From NCBI GenBank assembly GCA_015232335.1, contig JADFZV010000014.1:253-64252 (forward strand): DNA of 64,000 nucleotides, written 5' to 3'. The stretch comes from Alphaproteobacteria bacterium. GTDB lineage: Bacteria; Pseudomonadota; Alphaproteobacteria; Rhodospirillales; WMHbin7. A model generated the notes under the pieces. That model worked only from the letters and a program-made list of their open reading frames with translations, was not told the DNA's origin and made no database searches. How positions within the stretch are numbered: position 1 is the stretch's first letter; the number at the start of each line of letters is the position of its first letter. The translations under genes were made by a program, and so were the position numbers. Positions 18,772 to 28,280 of the stretch are shown piece by piece.

Positions 18772-19917
18772 ATGCGTATTCTGATTGTCAACACGGACTA
18801 TCCCGCCTTTCTCGATCAATTTTATCTAGGCCGACCTGAGATGAAGGCCTCAAGCTACGTCACGCAGATGCGGGCAAGAAATGACAGCTTATTTGGGACG
18901 GCTGATTTCTACTCGCGCGCCTTTACTTCCATCGGCTGCCAGGCATGTGAAGTTCACGCTAACAACGATCCGATGCAGATGGCCTGGGCGAGAGAGCACA
19001 GCCAACATTTAGCGGGAAGAAGCCTTATTCCGCCGTTCTTGAAAAACTTTGCGGAGCGTGCACGCCGTCGCATTTTTGGAAGGCAGCTTGACGGCACTTT
19101 ATTAAATATTCTTTCTGCACAGATCAGACATTATGAGCCTGATGTTGTCTTGAATCATGATATGTATCTCATTCCCGGATTGAAGCTCAGACAAGCCGCA
19201 GGAAGCCGTGCCCTCATTGTGGGTCAGATTGCCTCTCCCGTGCCCAGCCACATCAAGCTTTCTGATTACGATCTCTTACTGTCTTCGCTGCCAAATCTTG
19301 TCGCAGGCTTTCGTGCCGCAGGCATTCCGGCTGAGCTGTGTCGGCTTGCATTCGATAGTCAAGCACAGAAGGCGGCGTCAGCGCAGCAAATGCGATATGG
19401 AGTCGTTTTTGTCGGCAGCCTGAGCAGTAATCATGGTAGACGGTTTCAGTTGCTAGAGACGCTTGCTGCCAGCTGCCCTCAGTTTGAGTTATGGGGCCCC
19501 CGCATCAATCATGTTGTAGAGTCTTCCCCACTGCACGCGGCATACAAGGGTGAAGCCTGGGGCGCTGACATGTACAGTCTGCTTGGACGCGCTGCAATTA
19601 CCGTCAACATCCACATTGACATGGCGCAGGATCATGCCAACAACTGCCGACTTTACGAAGCAACGGGTATGGGCTCGTTACTTTTGACAGATGACCAGCG
19701 CGACCTGAGTGATATCTTTATTCCTGGGGCAGAAGTCGTAACGTTCTCATCTCCGTCTGAATGTCTGACCCGAGTTCAAGAATTGTTACAAGACGAGAAA
19801 CTTAGGCAGCGCATCGCCAAAGCTGGACAGGAAAAGACACTTGCGACGCACACATATGTGAACCGGGCATCAGAAATGCTTGAGATCTTCACGCGTCATG
19901 GAGCGGGCATATCATGA
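18772..19917 (+). CDS. Glycosyltransferase, CgeB/DUF3880-like (Glyco_trans_1_2)
   Basis: MRILIVNTDYP, VVFVGSLS, AWGADMYSLL, TVNIHID, NCRLYEATGMGSLLLTD, HTYVNRA. Confidence 0.82.
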   Translation: MRILIVNTDYPAFLDQFYLGRPEMKASSYVTQMRARNDSLFGTADFYSRAFTSIGCQACEVHANNDPMQMAWAREHSQHLAGRSLIPPFLKNFAERARRRIFGRQLDGTLLNILSAQIRHYEPDVVLNHDMYLIPGLKLRQAAGSRALIVGQIASPVPSHIKLSDYDLLLSSLPNLVAGFRAAGIPAELCRLAFDSQAQKAASAQQMRYGVVFVGSLSSNHGRRFQLLETLAASCPQFELWGPRINHVVESSPLHAAYKGEAWGADMYSLLGRAAITVNIHIDMAQDHANNCRLYEATGMGSLLLTDDQRDLSDIFIPGAEVVTFSSPSECLTRVQELLQDEKLRQRIAKAGQEKTLATHTYVNRASEMLEIFTRHGAGIS

Positions 19918-21242
19918 AACTGGGCGTTGTCCCTCTGTTGTCCGGCGATAGCGGTGGCGTCTATCAGTATTGCTTGATGGTACTGGAAGCGCTTCGCAAC
20001 CCTTGTGCGCTTAGGAGCGATGATAGCGTTACTTTGTTTGTTCACGACACTCAGGATTCCGGGCTGAATGATGTTATTTCTCCAGACTGGGCTATCCAAC
20101 CCCTGCGCCCGCCTTCCTTAAGACGCCGAGCTGCATCAGCCGCCCAAACTATCCCACTCATAGGTTCCTTGATACATTTGTTATGGAAGTGTGTCTCCTA
20201 TTTCAGAAGAAAAGCTGCACACAGATCAAGCAGCCAACCAAGGCGAGAGCAGGAGAAGTGGTTCAGGTCACTCGGGATTGACCTAATGCTATATCCTGTT
20301 CCGATGTCGATTTCTTTTGAATGCCGCATTCCTTATGTTTTCACAGTCCACGATCTTCAACATCGCCTTCAGCCACAGTTTCCCGAGGTTGGCGAGCCAG
20401 CTGAATGGCAGGCTCGAGAGGCCCTTTTTAAAAGTGGGATCGAGGGTGCTGAGGTGGTCATTGTTGACTCGGAGACAGGTCGACAGGATGTTATGTCCTG
20501 CTATGGCAATCGCGGAATTTCTGCTGACCGGGTCCGAGTGTTACCCTTTGTACCTCCTAGCTATAGTCCTGAACGCACCTCATTGCATGAGCAACAGGAG
20601 GTTCGCCTGCGCTACAAGCTTCCTGATCGCTATTTTTTTTATCCCGCACAGTTCTGGCCGCACAAAAATCACCAGCGCCTTGTCAGGGCATTAGCCACTT
20701 TGCGCGACCAATATTCAACATGTGCGCACTTGGTTTTGTGTGGTTCACGTAACAACGAGATTCGCAGTCGCACATTTGCCGAGCTTAGCGATTTGATCCG
20801 GGAACTTGGTCTTCAGGGTCAAGTTCATTACCTTGGTTTCGTACCAGATTCCGATATGCCTGCGCTTTATGCAGGATCGCAGGCCCTGACGATGCCAACT
20901 TTTTTTGGGCCAACAAACATTCCCATACTTGAAGCCTGGTCCTTAGGGTGCCCAGTTCTGACATCGGATATTCGAGGTGTGCGCGACCAGGCAGGAGATG
21001 GCGCTTTGCTGGTTGACCCCACTTCTGTCGAAGCCCTGGCTGATGGCCTTCGCCAACTTTGGTATGATGATGCGCTTAGGGCGCAGCTTCGCACGAATGG
21101 CGCCAAACGCCTTGCAGATTTTTCTAAGGAGGATTTTGCCCAACAGCTTTCAGAGATACTAGAGCTTGCTCGCAGCCGCGTGCTTGCAAGCAGGACGCAG
21201 ATCAGCCCAGCCACAGAACCGCTGACAGGAACATGCTCATGA
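19914..21242 (+). CDS. Glycosyltransferase family 4 (mannosyltransferase-like)
   Basis: GGVYQY, FTVHDLQH, FFYPAQFWPHKNH, YLGFVPDSDM, FGPTNIPILEAWSLGCPVLTSD. Confidence 0.88.
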   Translation: MKLGVVPLLSGDSGGVYQYCLMVLEALRNPCALRSDDSVTLFVHDTQDSGLNDVISPDWAIQPLRPPSLRRRAASAAQTIPLIGSLIHLLWKCVSYFRRKAAHRSSSQPRREQEKWFRSLGIDLMLYPVPMSISFECRIPYVFTVHDLQHRLQPQFPEVGEPAEWQAREALFKSGIEGAEVVIVDSETGRQDVMSCYGNRGISADRVRVLPFVPPSYSPERTSLHEQQEVRLRYKLPDRYFFYPAQFWPHKNHQRLVRALATLRDQYSTCAHLVLCGSRNNEIRSRTFAELSDLIRELGLQGQVHYLGFVPDSDMPALYAGSQALTMPTFFGPTNIPILEAWSLGCPVLTSDIRGVRDQAGDGALLVDPTSVEALADGLRQLWYDDALRAQLRTNGAKRLADFSKEDFAQQLSEILELARSRVLASRTQISPATEPLTGTCS

Positions 21243-22222
21243 AGGTCAAAAGTCTTTCTTTCCATCTTCTGGCCATGCTCCTTGTTTTAGCTTTGGCTGG
21301 AGCGCTTCTCGAGATTGGCATGAGGATTGCCTTCGCCCGCAGCATGGACTTCGACATAGAAATGTGGAAGTACGCCATGCTCTTGAAGCAACCCTCCTCC
21401 AATCCCCGCATTGGCCATGAGCACAAACCTCACAGCAGAGCGTTCTTGATGGGGGCCGATGTTCAGATCAATTCAATTGGCCTGCGCGATATTGAGCGGC
21501 CTGCAGCCAAGCCACAAGGCGTCAAGCGTATCTTGATGCTTGGCGATTCACTGACTTTTGGATGGGGTGTTGAGATGGCAGACACGCCATCTAGATTGCT
21601 TGCTCAGCTTTTTTCCGCACATGGGTCCGATGTTGATGTCATTAATTCCGGTGTTGGCAACTACAACACAGACATGGAAGTTTCTTATTTTTTTCAAGAG
21701 GGGGTGAAGCTAGATCCCGATCTTGTTGTCCTTAACTACTATATCAACGACGCTGAGACCACCCCAGCGCAGCAAACTGGTTTTTTTCGGCAGAATTCCT
21801 ACGCTTTTGCTTTTATTTCTGGACGCATCGGTATTCTTTTTCGCCTGCTTGGCTCGAGTCCTGATTGGAGGGAGTATTATCAAGCGCTTTATGATGATTC
21901 CAACCCTGGCTGGGCGCGGGCCAAGGCGGCTATTGCGCGGCTTGCTGCTTATTGCCGCCAACGCGACATTCCTTTAATTGTTGTTAACTATCCAGAACTA
22001 CACGAACTTACCCCCTATCCTTTTTTGGACGTAACCGCCAAACTTCGCGCTGCTGCCTTCTCTTCTGAGGCTGATTTTTTAGATTTGCTTCCAGCCGTTA
22101 GCGACTTGGAACCCAAGTCATTATGGGTTTCCCCCATGGATGCTCATCCAAACCCGGCCTCAAATCGAGCCTTTGCGAAGTTGTTATATGACACGATAAC
22201 CTTGAAGTTTGCGACTGACTGA
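21233..22222 (+). CDS. Membrane-anchored SGNH/GDSL-fold protein #2
   Basis: N-terminal TM; INSIGLRD, RILMLGDSLTFGWGV, INSGVGNYNT, YYIND, DAHPN. Confidence 0.82.
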   Translation: MLMKVKSLSFHLLAMLLVLALAGALLEIGMRIAFARSMDFDIEMWKYAMLLKQPSSNPRIGHEHKPHSRAFLMGADVQINSIGLRDIERPAAKPQGVKRILMLGDSLTFGWGVEMADTPSRLLAQLFSAHGSDVDVINSGVGNYNTDMEVSYFFQEGVKLDPDLVVLNYYINDAETTPAQQTGFFRQNSYAFAFISGRIGILFRLLGSSPDWREYYQALYDDSNPGWARAKAAIARLAAYCRQRDIPLIVVNYPELHELTPYPFLDVTAKLRAAAFSSEADFLDLLPAVSDLEPKSLWVSPMDAHPNPASNRAFAKLLYDTITLKFATD

Positions 22223-22256
22223 TGATCGAACGCGACCGCTACTCATGGAGGAAACT

Positions 22257-22406
22257 GTGAGCCTGATAAAAGAATTTATTCAATTTGCTAAAACGCGAAA
22301 GAAGATTTGGCTGTTTCCCATTATTCTTCTTGCCCTGATTTTAGGAGGGCTTGTTATCTTGACAGAGGGCTCTGCCATTGCGCCGTTTATTTACACCGTC
22401 TTCTAA
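22257..22406 (+). CDS. DUF5989-type small membrane protein (~49 aa)
   Basis: MSLIKEFIQFAKTRKKIWLFPIILLALILGGLVILTEGSAIAPFIYTVF matches the RKKxWLxPII...GSAxAPFIYTLF pattern; GTG 22257 follows GGAGG. Confidence 0.8.
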   Translation: MSLIKEFIQFAKTRKKIWLFPIILLALILGGLVILTEGSAIAPFIYTVF

Positions 22407-22460
22407 CGCCACAACTGATGTGTGCCGCTTCATATTTTGTGGTTCCATGAGGAAGGCTAA

Positions 22461-23516
22461 GTGACCAGGGCTCGCTTGTTGTTGTTTTCATTTGCTTTGG
22501 CGTTGCTTTCCCTGGCTTTCGTCGAGGTCTTTTTGCATGTCGTTTATTTTGCCAAGAGAGGAGCTCCGATCTGGCAGACTTCCAGGGCTGAGTTTGCGGT
22601 TCGCGATTTCACTGAGCTGACAGAGGACGAACGTGTTTTCACTGCTCGTGCGAGCATTGAGCAGAGTTTTATCTCGTTTGACGAGAACAGATTCAGACGC
22701 GGTGACAATGACTATCTCCATTTTCCAGAGCAGATCGTTTTTCTTGGCGATTCCGTTCCATTCGGTATGGGGGCTAGGGCAGAGGATTCTGTTCCATCTG
22801 CACTGTTCAGGGCTTTGCATAGCGGCGGCAACAGCAGGCTAGGAGTCATCAACGCGGCCCTTCCCTCCTATTCGCTGCGCCAATCAATTGCTCGATATCG
22901 CAAGGAAGTGGCCGGACGCTGGGCGACACGTGCTGTGATTCTTCAGGTTTATGATCCTGCTACACAGTTTGCCATGTTCGGCCAGAGTTGGTCGCTTGAC
23001 GATAACTGGGCCAACCAAAATGCAAAGCTTTCCCGCATTAAGGATAAAAAGGAAGGAGGTGTGAGAAGCCTATTTCGCTTTTCGTCGCTCTATTTTCTTT
23101 ACCGCACGATCAAGCCTGGCAAGGGCGATCCAAGACTGCATTTCCGCTTGAGGCGAGATGATGAGGCGTCGGCTGCAAGATTCTCTAACGAGGTTCGTTT
23201 GGAGCTTTCCGGGTTCCTAGACGAGTTGCGCAAGACCGGAACATATCTTTTTCTTCTCCCCATAGTTCACGTCAATGAGGAAAGCCTTTCTCCCGGGCTG
23301 CGTCTGACCACCGGATTGATGAATGAGATTTTCGCGAAATTTGCAGCCGACCATCCAGACGTAACCTTTATCGATCACAGACCTGCCTTAGCCTCTCACA
23401 ATAAGCAAGATATCTTCATCGATGATGCTGGGCACCTAACCAGGCTTGGAGCCGAGTTGCAGGCAGGTGCTATTTTGAGGGCGCTATCCAGCCAGAGGAG
23501 CCTTCTTGCCCCTTAA
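22461..23516 (+). CDS. Membrane-anchored SGNH/GDSL-fold protein #3
   Basis: N-terminal TM; VFLGDSVPFGMG, INAALPSYS, DDAGHLT. Confidence 0.78.
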   Translation: MTRARLLLFSFALALLSLAFVEVFLHVVYFAKRGAPIWQTSRAEFAVRDFTELTEDERVFTARASIEQSFISFDENRFRRGDNDYLHFPEQIVFLGDSVPFGMGARAEDSVPSALFRALHSGGNSRLGVINAALPSYSLRQSIARYRKEVAGRWATRAVILQVYDPATQFAMFGQSWSLDDNWANQNAKLSRIKDKKEGGVRSLFRFSSLYFLYRTIKPGKGDPRLHFRLRRDDEASAARFSNEVRLELSGFLDELRKTGTYLFLLPIVHVNEESLSPGLRLTTGLMNEIFAKFAADHPDVTFIDHRPALASHNKQDIFIDDAGHLTRLGAELQAGAILRALSSQRSLLAP

Positions 23517-24885
23517 TTGTGCCCGTGGCCCCAAGCGGATTGGCGCCTTTTTGAAACGCCCTTCTATTTTGGTGGTTGCCAGCTTGGCTGTTAGCCTGAT
23601 TGGCATTGAATGCGCTCTTAGGCTTTTTCTTCCTTTGCCGTTTCTCACCATTGGTGATTATTCACCAGAGAATGCCAAGCATTATGGATGGGGCTATGCC
23701 CCCCATTCCAGGATTGTGGTCGCCGACCCGGATACGGGTAAGGTTTTTTCCGACCAGGCCAACAGTCGCGGTTGGCGGGACATTGAACACAAGCTTGATG
23801 CAAAGCCGAACGTGCGACGCATCCTGATTCTTGGAGATTCAAACACCTTTGGCGCCAATGTGCCCGCCGAGACGATTTACCCGCGCCTTCTTGAGCGGTT
23901 GATTTCCAGCGCGGCTATTCCGGTTGAAGTTGTTTCCATGGCTTATGGTGGCTGGTCAACAAGCCAGGAGCTTGAGGCGCTTGTCCGAGAAGGCCTCGCC
24001 TATAAACCTGACCTCGTTGTTGTTCAGTTCACCAGCAATGATCTTGGCGAGAACGCTTATATTCCTGCGGCTGGTGTCCACGAGGCAACTCTCGACAAGC
24101 CCTTCTATCACCTGCTGGACGAGCGCGGACATCTCGTGCGTATTCAAAATCCAAATTTCCGCCTGCGCACTGAGCACCCTTTGATTGTACAGATAAAGAC
24201 CCTTGTTGCTCGTTTCGAGATTCTTAAGCGCAGCTATGTTGTATATGATTCGCTTCGAAGCCAGCGCAATCGAAAATCGCTTTTTGGTTATCCTCTAGAC
24301 CAACGCCAGATAGAGCAGGCCCAGCTCGCCTTTGGCCTTGAAGCCAACGACCCTATCGTTCGCTATTTGACTCCGAAGATTGGGCAGTCCCTTGATTATA
24401 CAGCCCTTTCTGAGTTGATCGGCGGCTCAGCCCACGTCAAGGATCGCGAGGGGTTGCTTGCTGTACTTGGCGACGTCTGGATTAACCAATACTGGGACTC
24501 CAGTCATTTTCAACCCGCTGCTCCCGACCCCACAAGCTATGAGTGGCGCCTCTATCATGCACTCATGCGGGAACTGCGCGCCCGCGTTCCGTCGGGTATT
24601 CCTGTTCTTCTTCTCTCAGACCACGAACAGGGATATTACGAGTGGCAGCTTCGTTGGTACAGAATTGCCTCAAACGAACAAGCGAGATTGGCCTTTTTCT
24701 CAGTTAACGACCATTTGTCTATAATGGCCGCCCAGGAAGGAATTGAGTTTGTCCCAACCCCCAGGCCGCATGTGCGCTTTCGCCTTGACCCGCACCCCAA
24801 TGCCCAAGGTCACGAAGCTATGGCAAAGAATCTTGCTGATTACATCCTAAGCCGCCATTTCAAGGCGTGGGAGCAAGGTCGATAG
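23506..24885 (+). CDS. Membrane-anchored SGNH/GDSL-fold protein #4
   Basis: N-terminal TM; NSRGWRD, RILILGDSNTFG, MAYGGWST, FTSNDLGEN, DPHPNAQGH. Confidence 0.8.
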   Translation: MPLNCARGPKRIGAFLKRPSILVVASLAVSLIGIECALRLFLPLPFLTIGDYSPENAKHYGWGYAPHSRIVVADPDTGKVFSDQANSRGWRDIEHKLDAKPNVRRILILGDSNTFGANVPAETIYPRLLERLISSAAIPVEVVSMAYGGWSTSQELEALVREGLAYKPDLVVVQFTSNDLGENAYIPAAGVHEATLDKPFYHLLDERGHLVRIQNPNFRLRTEHPLIVQIKTLVARFEILKRSYVVYDSLRSQRNRKSLFGYPLDQRQIEQAQLAFGLEANDPIVRYLTPKIGQSLDYTALSELIGGSAHVKDREGLLAVLGDVWINQYWDSSHFQPAAPDPTSYEWRLYHALMRELRARVPSGIPVLLLSDHEQGYYEWQLRWYRIASNEQARLAFFSVNDHLSIMAAQEGIEFVPTPRPHVRFRLDPHPNAQGHEAMAKNLADYILSRHFKAWEQGR

Positions 24886-24971
24886 CAGACTGGACAGCAA
24901 CTCCGGCCTCCTGTAATTATTTGCCTTAACTGTTTGCTTTTTTTCTAACTTTGTGTGCGGGGCGCTATCAC

Positions 24972-25601
24972 ATGCGGGCAGTTGATATTTCCGTTGTTGT
25001 AACAAACTTTAATTACGGTCGCTTTCTGCGCCGCTGCATTCGCTCACTTCTCAACCAGGATATTGACCGGCATCTCTACGAGATAATCGTCGTTGACGAT
25101 CAGAGCACTGACGATTCCTTAATCGCGTTAGAACCCTTTCGTTCCGCAGGCGAGGTTCGTGTCATTGTTAACGATCAGAATCTCGGGGTGGGGGGCAGTG
25201 CAAGGGCGGGCGTCGATCATTCCCGGGCAAAATTTTTTGTTCGCGTTGACGCGGACGATTACGTCCAGCCATCTTTTCTTTACATGCTTTACACTTTCCT
25301 TCGACTTAACCTCGACTATATTGGTGTTTCTTGCGATTACTTCTTAACAACTGAAGACGAAAAGATACTCTCCACTGAATCTTTCAAGGACAACGGGATC
25401 GCTTGCGGGCTGATGTTGCGGACATCCTATCTCGAAAAGGTCGGTTCCTATGACCCTGCTGCCAGGGTTTTTGAAGACCAGGATCTGATGCAACGCCTTG
25501 ACATGAGCAGGGTCTATCATTTGCCATTGCCGCTCTACAATTATGTTAAACACGGGAATTCCCTGACGGACAGCGCCAAACTTGGAACCGGGGCCGTGTA
25601 A
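24972..25601 (+). CDS. Glycosyltransferase family 2 (short)
   Basis: ISVVVTNFNYGRFL, EIIVVDDQSTDDS, FVRVDADDY, EDQDLM. Confidence 0.85.
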   Translation: MRAVDISVVVTNFNYGRFLRRCIRSLLNQDIDRHLYEIIVVDDQSTDDSLIALEPFRSAGEVRVIVNDQNLGVGGSARAGVDHSRAKFFVRVDADDYVQPSFLYMLYTFLRLNLDYIGVSCDYFLTTEDEKILSTESFKDNGIACGLMLRTSYLEKVGSYDPAARVFEDQDLMQRLDMSRVYHLPLPLYNYVKHGNSLTDSAKLGTGAV

Positions 25602-25608
25602 CTGCGCC

Positions 25609-26274
25609 ATGGAACAGGTCTCTGTATTTTCATTTGGCCGCAAGCAAAGCGCCCGCTGTCAGAACAAAATGCTTCGTGGCTTTGCTGACACGACCTTGAC
25701 GGACATCGTACTAGCCAAACTGTCGCGCCTTAGTCATCCTGCCTTTTTTGCGGGGCATGAACCCGAGTTTGCCGAAAAATGCCTCGCGCACGGCGTTCCT
25801 TTTATTGCCCGCAGTCAGCGCTCTGCTACGATTGACGAGCCAATCGTCGATATTCTGGACTTCCTGAAGCCTATTCAGTCCCGCTTTTTCGTCATTGTCA
25901 GCGCCTGTCTTCCGTTACTTCCTCTTGCGGATATCCAGAACTTCATCGACCAATCGCTCGCAAGCGGAAAACCGTCGATGTCTGCCAGGATGCATCGCAC
26001 CTATTTCCTACGCGCCAGAGACCATGCCCCCCTCAGTTTTGATGGCACATCACAGACGATCAACACCAAAACCGTTGAGCCGGTTTATGAGCTGGTTCAC
26101 GCCCTCTACTTCTTCGAGAAGGACTTTTTTTTCAAAAACGGCCGCTACTGGAATTGGGGCGATTTGCGAATGCATGACATGGCCTCGCCCCATTTTCTGG
26201 TAGATGTTGATACTGAGCAGGATTTTATAGCTGCAGAAAGTCTCTACCGGGCCTTTGGGAATGCAGCGGCTTGA
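25609..26274 (+). CDS. Divergent acylneuraminate cytidylyltransferase-family protein
   Basis: FGRKQSARCQNKMLRGFADTTL (degenerate ARxxSKRxxxKN loop), RSQRSATIDEP, SACLPLL, VDVDTEQDFIAAE. Confidence 0.7.
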   Translation: MEQVSVFSFGRKQSARCQNKMLRGFADTTLTDIVLAKLSRLSHPAFFAGHEPEFAEKCLAHGVPFIARSQRSATIDEPIVDILDFLKPIQSRFFVIVSACLPLLPLADIQNFIDQSLASGKPSMSARMHRTYFLRARDHAPLSFDGTSQTINTKTVEPVYELVHALYFFEKDFFFKNGRYWNWGDLRMHDMASPHFLVDVDTEQDFIAAESLYRAFGNAAA

Positions 26275-27325
26275 GGGTTTTCACAAGGGGGATCGCGCCC
26301 TGGTCTTCATGGGAGGACCTTCTGTACTCAAGAAGCGAGTGGATATTTCCCGCCTTGCCGGAAAAGGGTTTACGGTATTTTTGGAATCCAAAGCCCTTAC
26401 CGAACGCTTTTTAGACTGGGGGCTGCCCGTAGACTACTATTTAATGTTCTACCCCGACAAGGCTAAGTCTAATAGTTTTCAGATGGTTGTTCTGCAAGCG
26501 CTTCTCTCTAAGCTCGATTTGAAGCCTCTTGTCCACCCAGAGCGGCATGCGCAAATCGATTATATGCTATCTCATCTTGACTCATATCTTTCTCCGGGCA
26601 AGCAGAACATCACGCATAAGCGTCTTATGTGGAATGCTGACGTCTTTTTACCTGGATCGCCGTTCGAACTGCTGCCCAAGCTTCAGCAGGCCCGTTTAAT
26701 TGCATATCAGCCAGCCCTTAAGACAGCGGTCAGTAAGCAAATTTTTGAGCAAGAGATGCACACGTTCGATACCGATGAGTCTCCGGGCGACTTATCCCTA
26801 GAAGGCTATTATAAGCCGCTCATAAAGGATGGGCGCCTTGTGTTGCAGAGCTCACGCCTCACCAACTCGGCGGCGATTGCTCTTTATCCCCTTCTGAAAT
26901 TCATGGGCTTCAGCAAGGTCTATTTTCTAGGGTCTGACATGTCGATGCTTGGAACGATGGAACACGCGGCACCCTTTACTTTTCTTTCAATGTCGGACTA
27001 CAGACAGTTTTTTGATCGCGCTAGGCGCGCCTTTGGTACACATTTTCCCTCAAGCGACCGACGCGACGCGTTGGAGGATCTTCAATCAAGATTCTTGAGT
27101 GGGGATGTTTTGACCCTCTTTTCTCCCCAGGGACGAGACTCTTTCCTGGCGCTCTTGAGCGGCCAGGCAAATTATCGACGCCCAAGATCCGAATTGCGAA
27201 TGGCCAAGCGCTTGCTCATGGCGGCACAAGGAATTGAATTTGTTAATGTTTTTGAGCCATACAGCTACGCCTTGCCTACGGAGGGCGTTCGTAATATTTC
27301 ATTTGAGCAAATGTTGCTTGAGTGA
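26261..27325 (+). CDS. Maf/DUF115 (MptE-like, CstII-related fold) putative ulosonic-acid transferase
   Basis: HKGDRALVFMGGPSV near the N-terminus and NSAAIALYPLLKFMGFSKVYFLGSDM, the GxGPS / G.x.xIYLxGxD pattern of Maf/GT42-like proteins; lies between a cytidylyltransferase and a NeuB gene. Confidence 0.6.
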   Translation: MQRLEGFHKGDRALVFMGGPSVLKKRVDISRLAGKGFTVFLESKALTERFLDWGLPVDYYLMFYPDKAKSNSFQMVVLQALLSKLDLKPLVHPERHAQIDYMLSHLDSYLSPGKQNITHKRLMWNADVFLPGSPFELLPKLQQARLIAYQPALKTAVSKQIFEQEMHTFDTDESPGDLSLEGYYKPLIKDGRLVLQSSRLTNSAAIALYPLLKFMGFSKVYFLGSDMSMLGTMEHAAPFTFLSMSDYRQFFDRARRAFGTHFPSSDRRDALEDLQSRFLSGDVLTLFSPQGRDSFLALLSGQANYRRPRSELRMAKRLLMAAQGIEFVNVFEPYSYALPTEGVRNISFEQMLLE

Positions 27326-27534
27326 CCTTGCTGCGACAACAATCTTGCAATTTCTTTGCTTGAGATGCCAAGGCTATTGAGCGACCGGTCGTTGAGTGAG
27401 GTGTGTTAGCTTTTGTCACAGCATCTGACCCCGCCGCCAGCCATGCAGTTTCTGTGGGGTGTGGCCTAGGCAAAGCCTTGTTTCTAATTTTCCCGCCGCG
27501 TTTGCAGCGGCACTGACGACTAGCAAGACAGGAT

Positions 27535-28266
27535 ATGCACGTGATCATCATTGCGGAAATCGGCATCAATCATAATGGAAGCCTTAATCTGGCACATGAG
27601 CTCATTCGACAAGCAAAACTGAATGGCGCTAATGTGGCAAAATTCCAGTTTTATGACCCCGAAAAGATTTTTGGGCCGAGCGGTTCGCATCCGAACGAGG
27701 AGGCTTTTCGTCAGGCGCAGACTGTTCAGTTCGGCTTTGAAGAAGCCAGGCAGCTTAGTAAGTGGTGCGTTGAAGAAGATATTGAGTTCATGGCCTCTGC
27801 TTTTGACGAGGAACGTTTTATGTGGCTGGAGGAACTGGGTGTGCGGCGCCACAAGATCGCCAGTCGCACCGTGCAGGATGGCGCTTTGTGCGATAAAATC
27901 CTGTCCACAGGCAAGGAGTGCTTCATCTCGTTGGGGCTGTGGCAAGGCCAGGAGGTTCCCTTCTCCGCACCCAATGCCACCTACTTGCTTTGCGTAACCA
28001 AATATCCTTGCGAATATTCCGATATTTCCATGCCTCTTAGCTTTCAAAAGTCCAAGTATCAGGGCTTTTCTGACCACACCCTTGGCATTGAAGCGTCTTT
28101 GGTCGCCATCGGTCGCGGAGCCACAGTGATTGAAAAGCATTTTACCCTGAACAAGGGCCTGGCTGGGCCCGACCATGTCTGCAGCATGACGCCGGATGAG
28201 CTTTTCAATCTGTCTCGATTCGGGCGCGACATGGAGAAATTTACCCGTGCTGCCGCTACGCCTTAG
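27535..28266 (+). CDS. Short NeuB-family ulosonic acid synthase lacking the SAF domain
   Basis: IIAEIGINHNGS, VAKFQFY, HKIASR, CVTKYPC, GFSDHTLG, VIEKHFTLNKGLAGPDH; ends at 243 aa. Confidence 0.85.
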   Translation: MHVIIIAEIGINHNGSLNLAHELIRQAKLNGANVAKFQFYDPEKIFGPSGSHPNEEAFRQAQTVQFGFEEARQLSKWCVEEDIEFMASAFDEERFMWLEELGVRRHKIASRTVQDGALCDKILSTGKECFISLGLWQGQEVPFSAPNATYLLCVTKYPCEYSDISMPLSFQKSKYQGFSDHTLGIEASLVAIGRGATVIEKHFTLNKGLAGPDHVCSMTPDELFNLSRFGRDMEKFTRAAATP

Positions 28267-28280
28267 AGAATGCATTTAAG

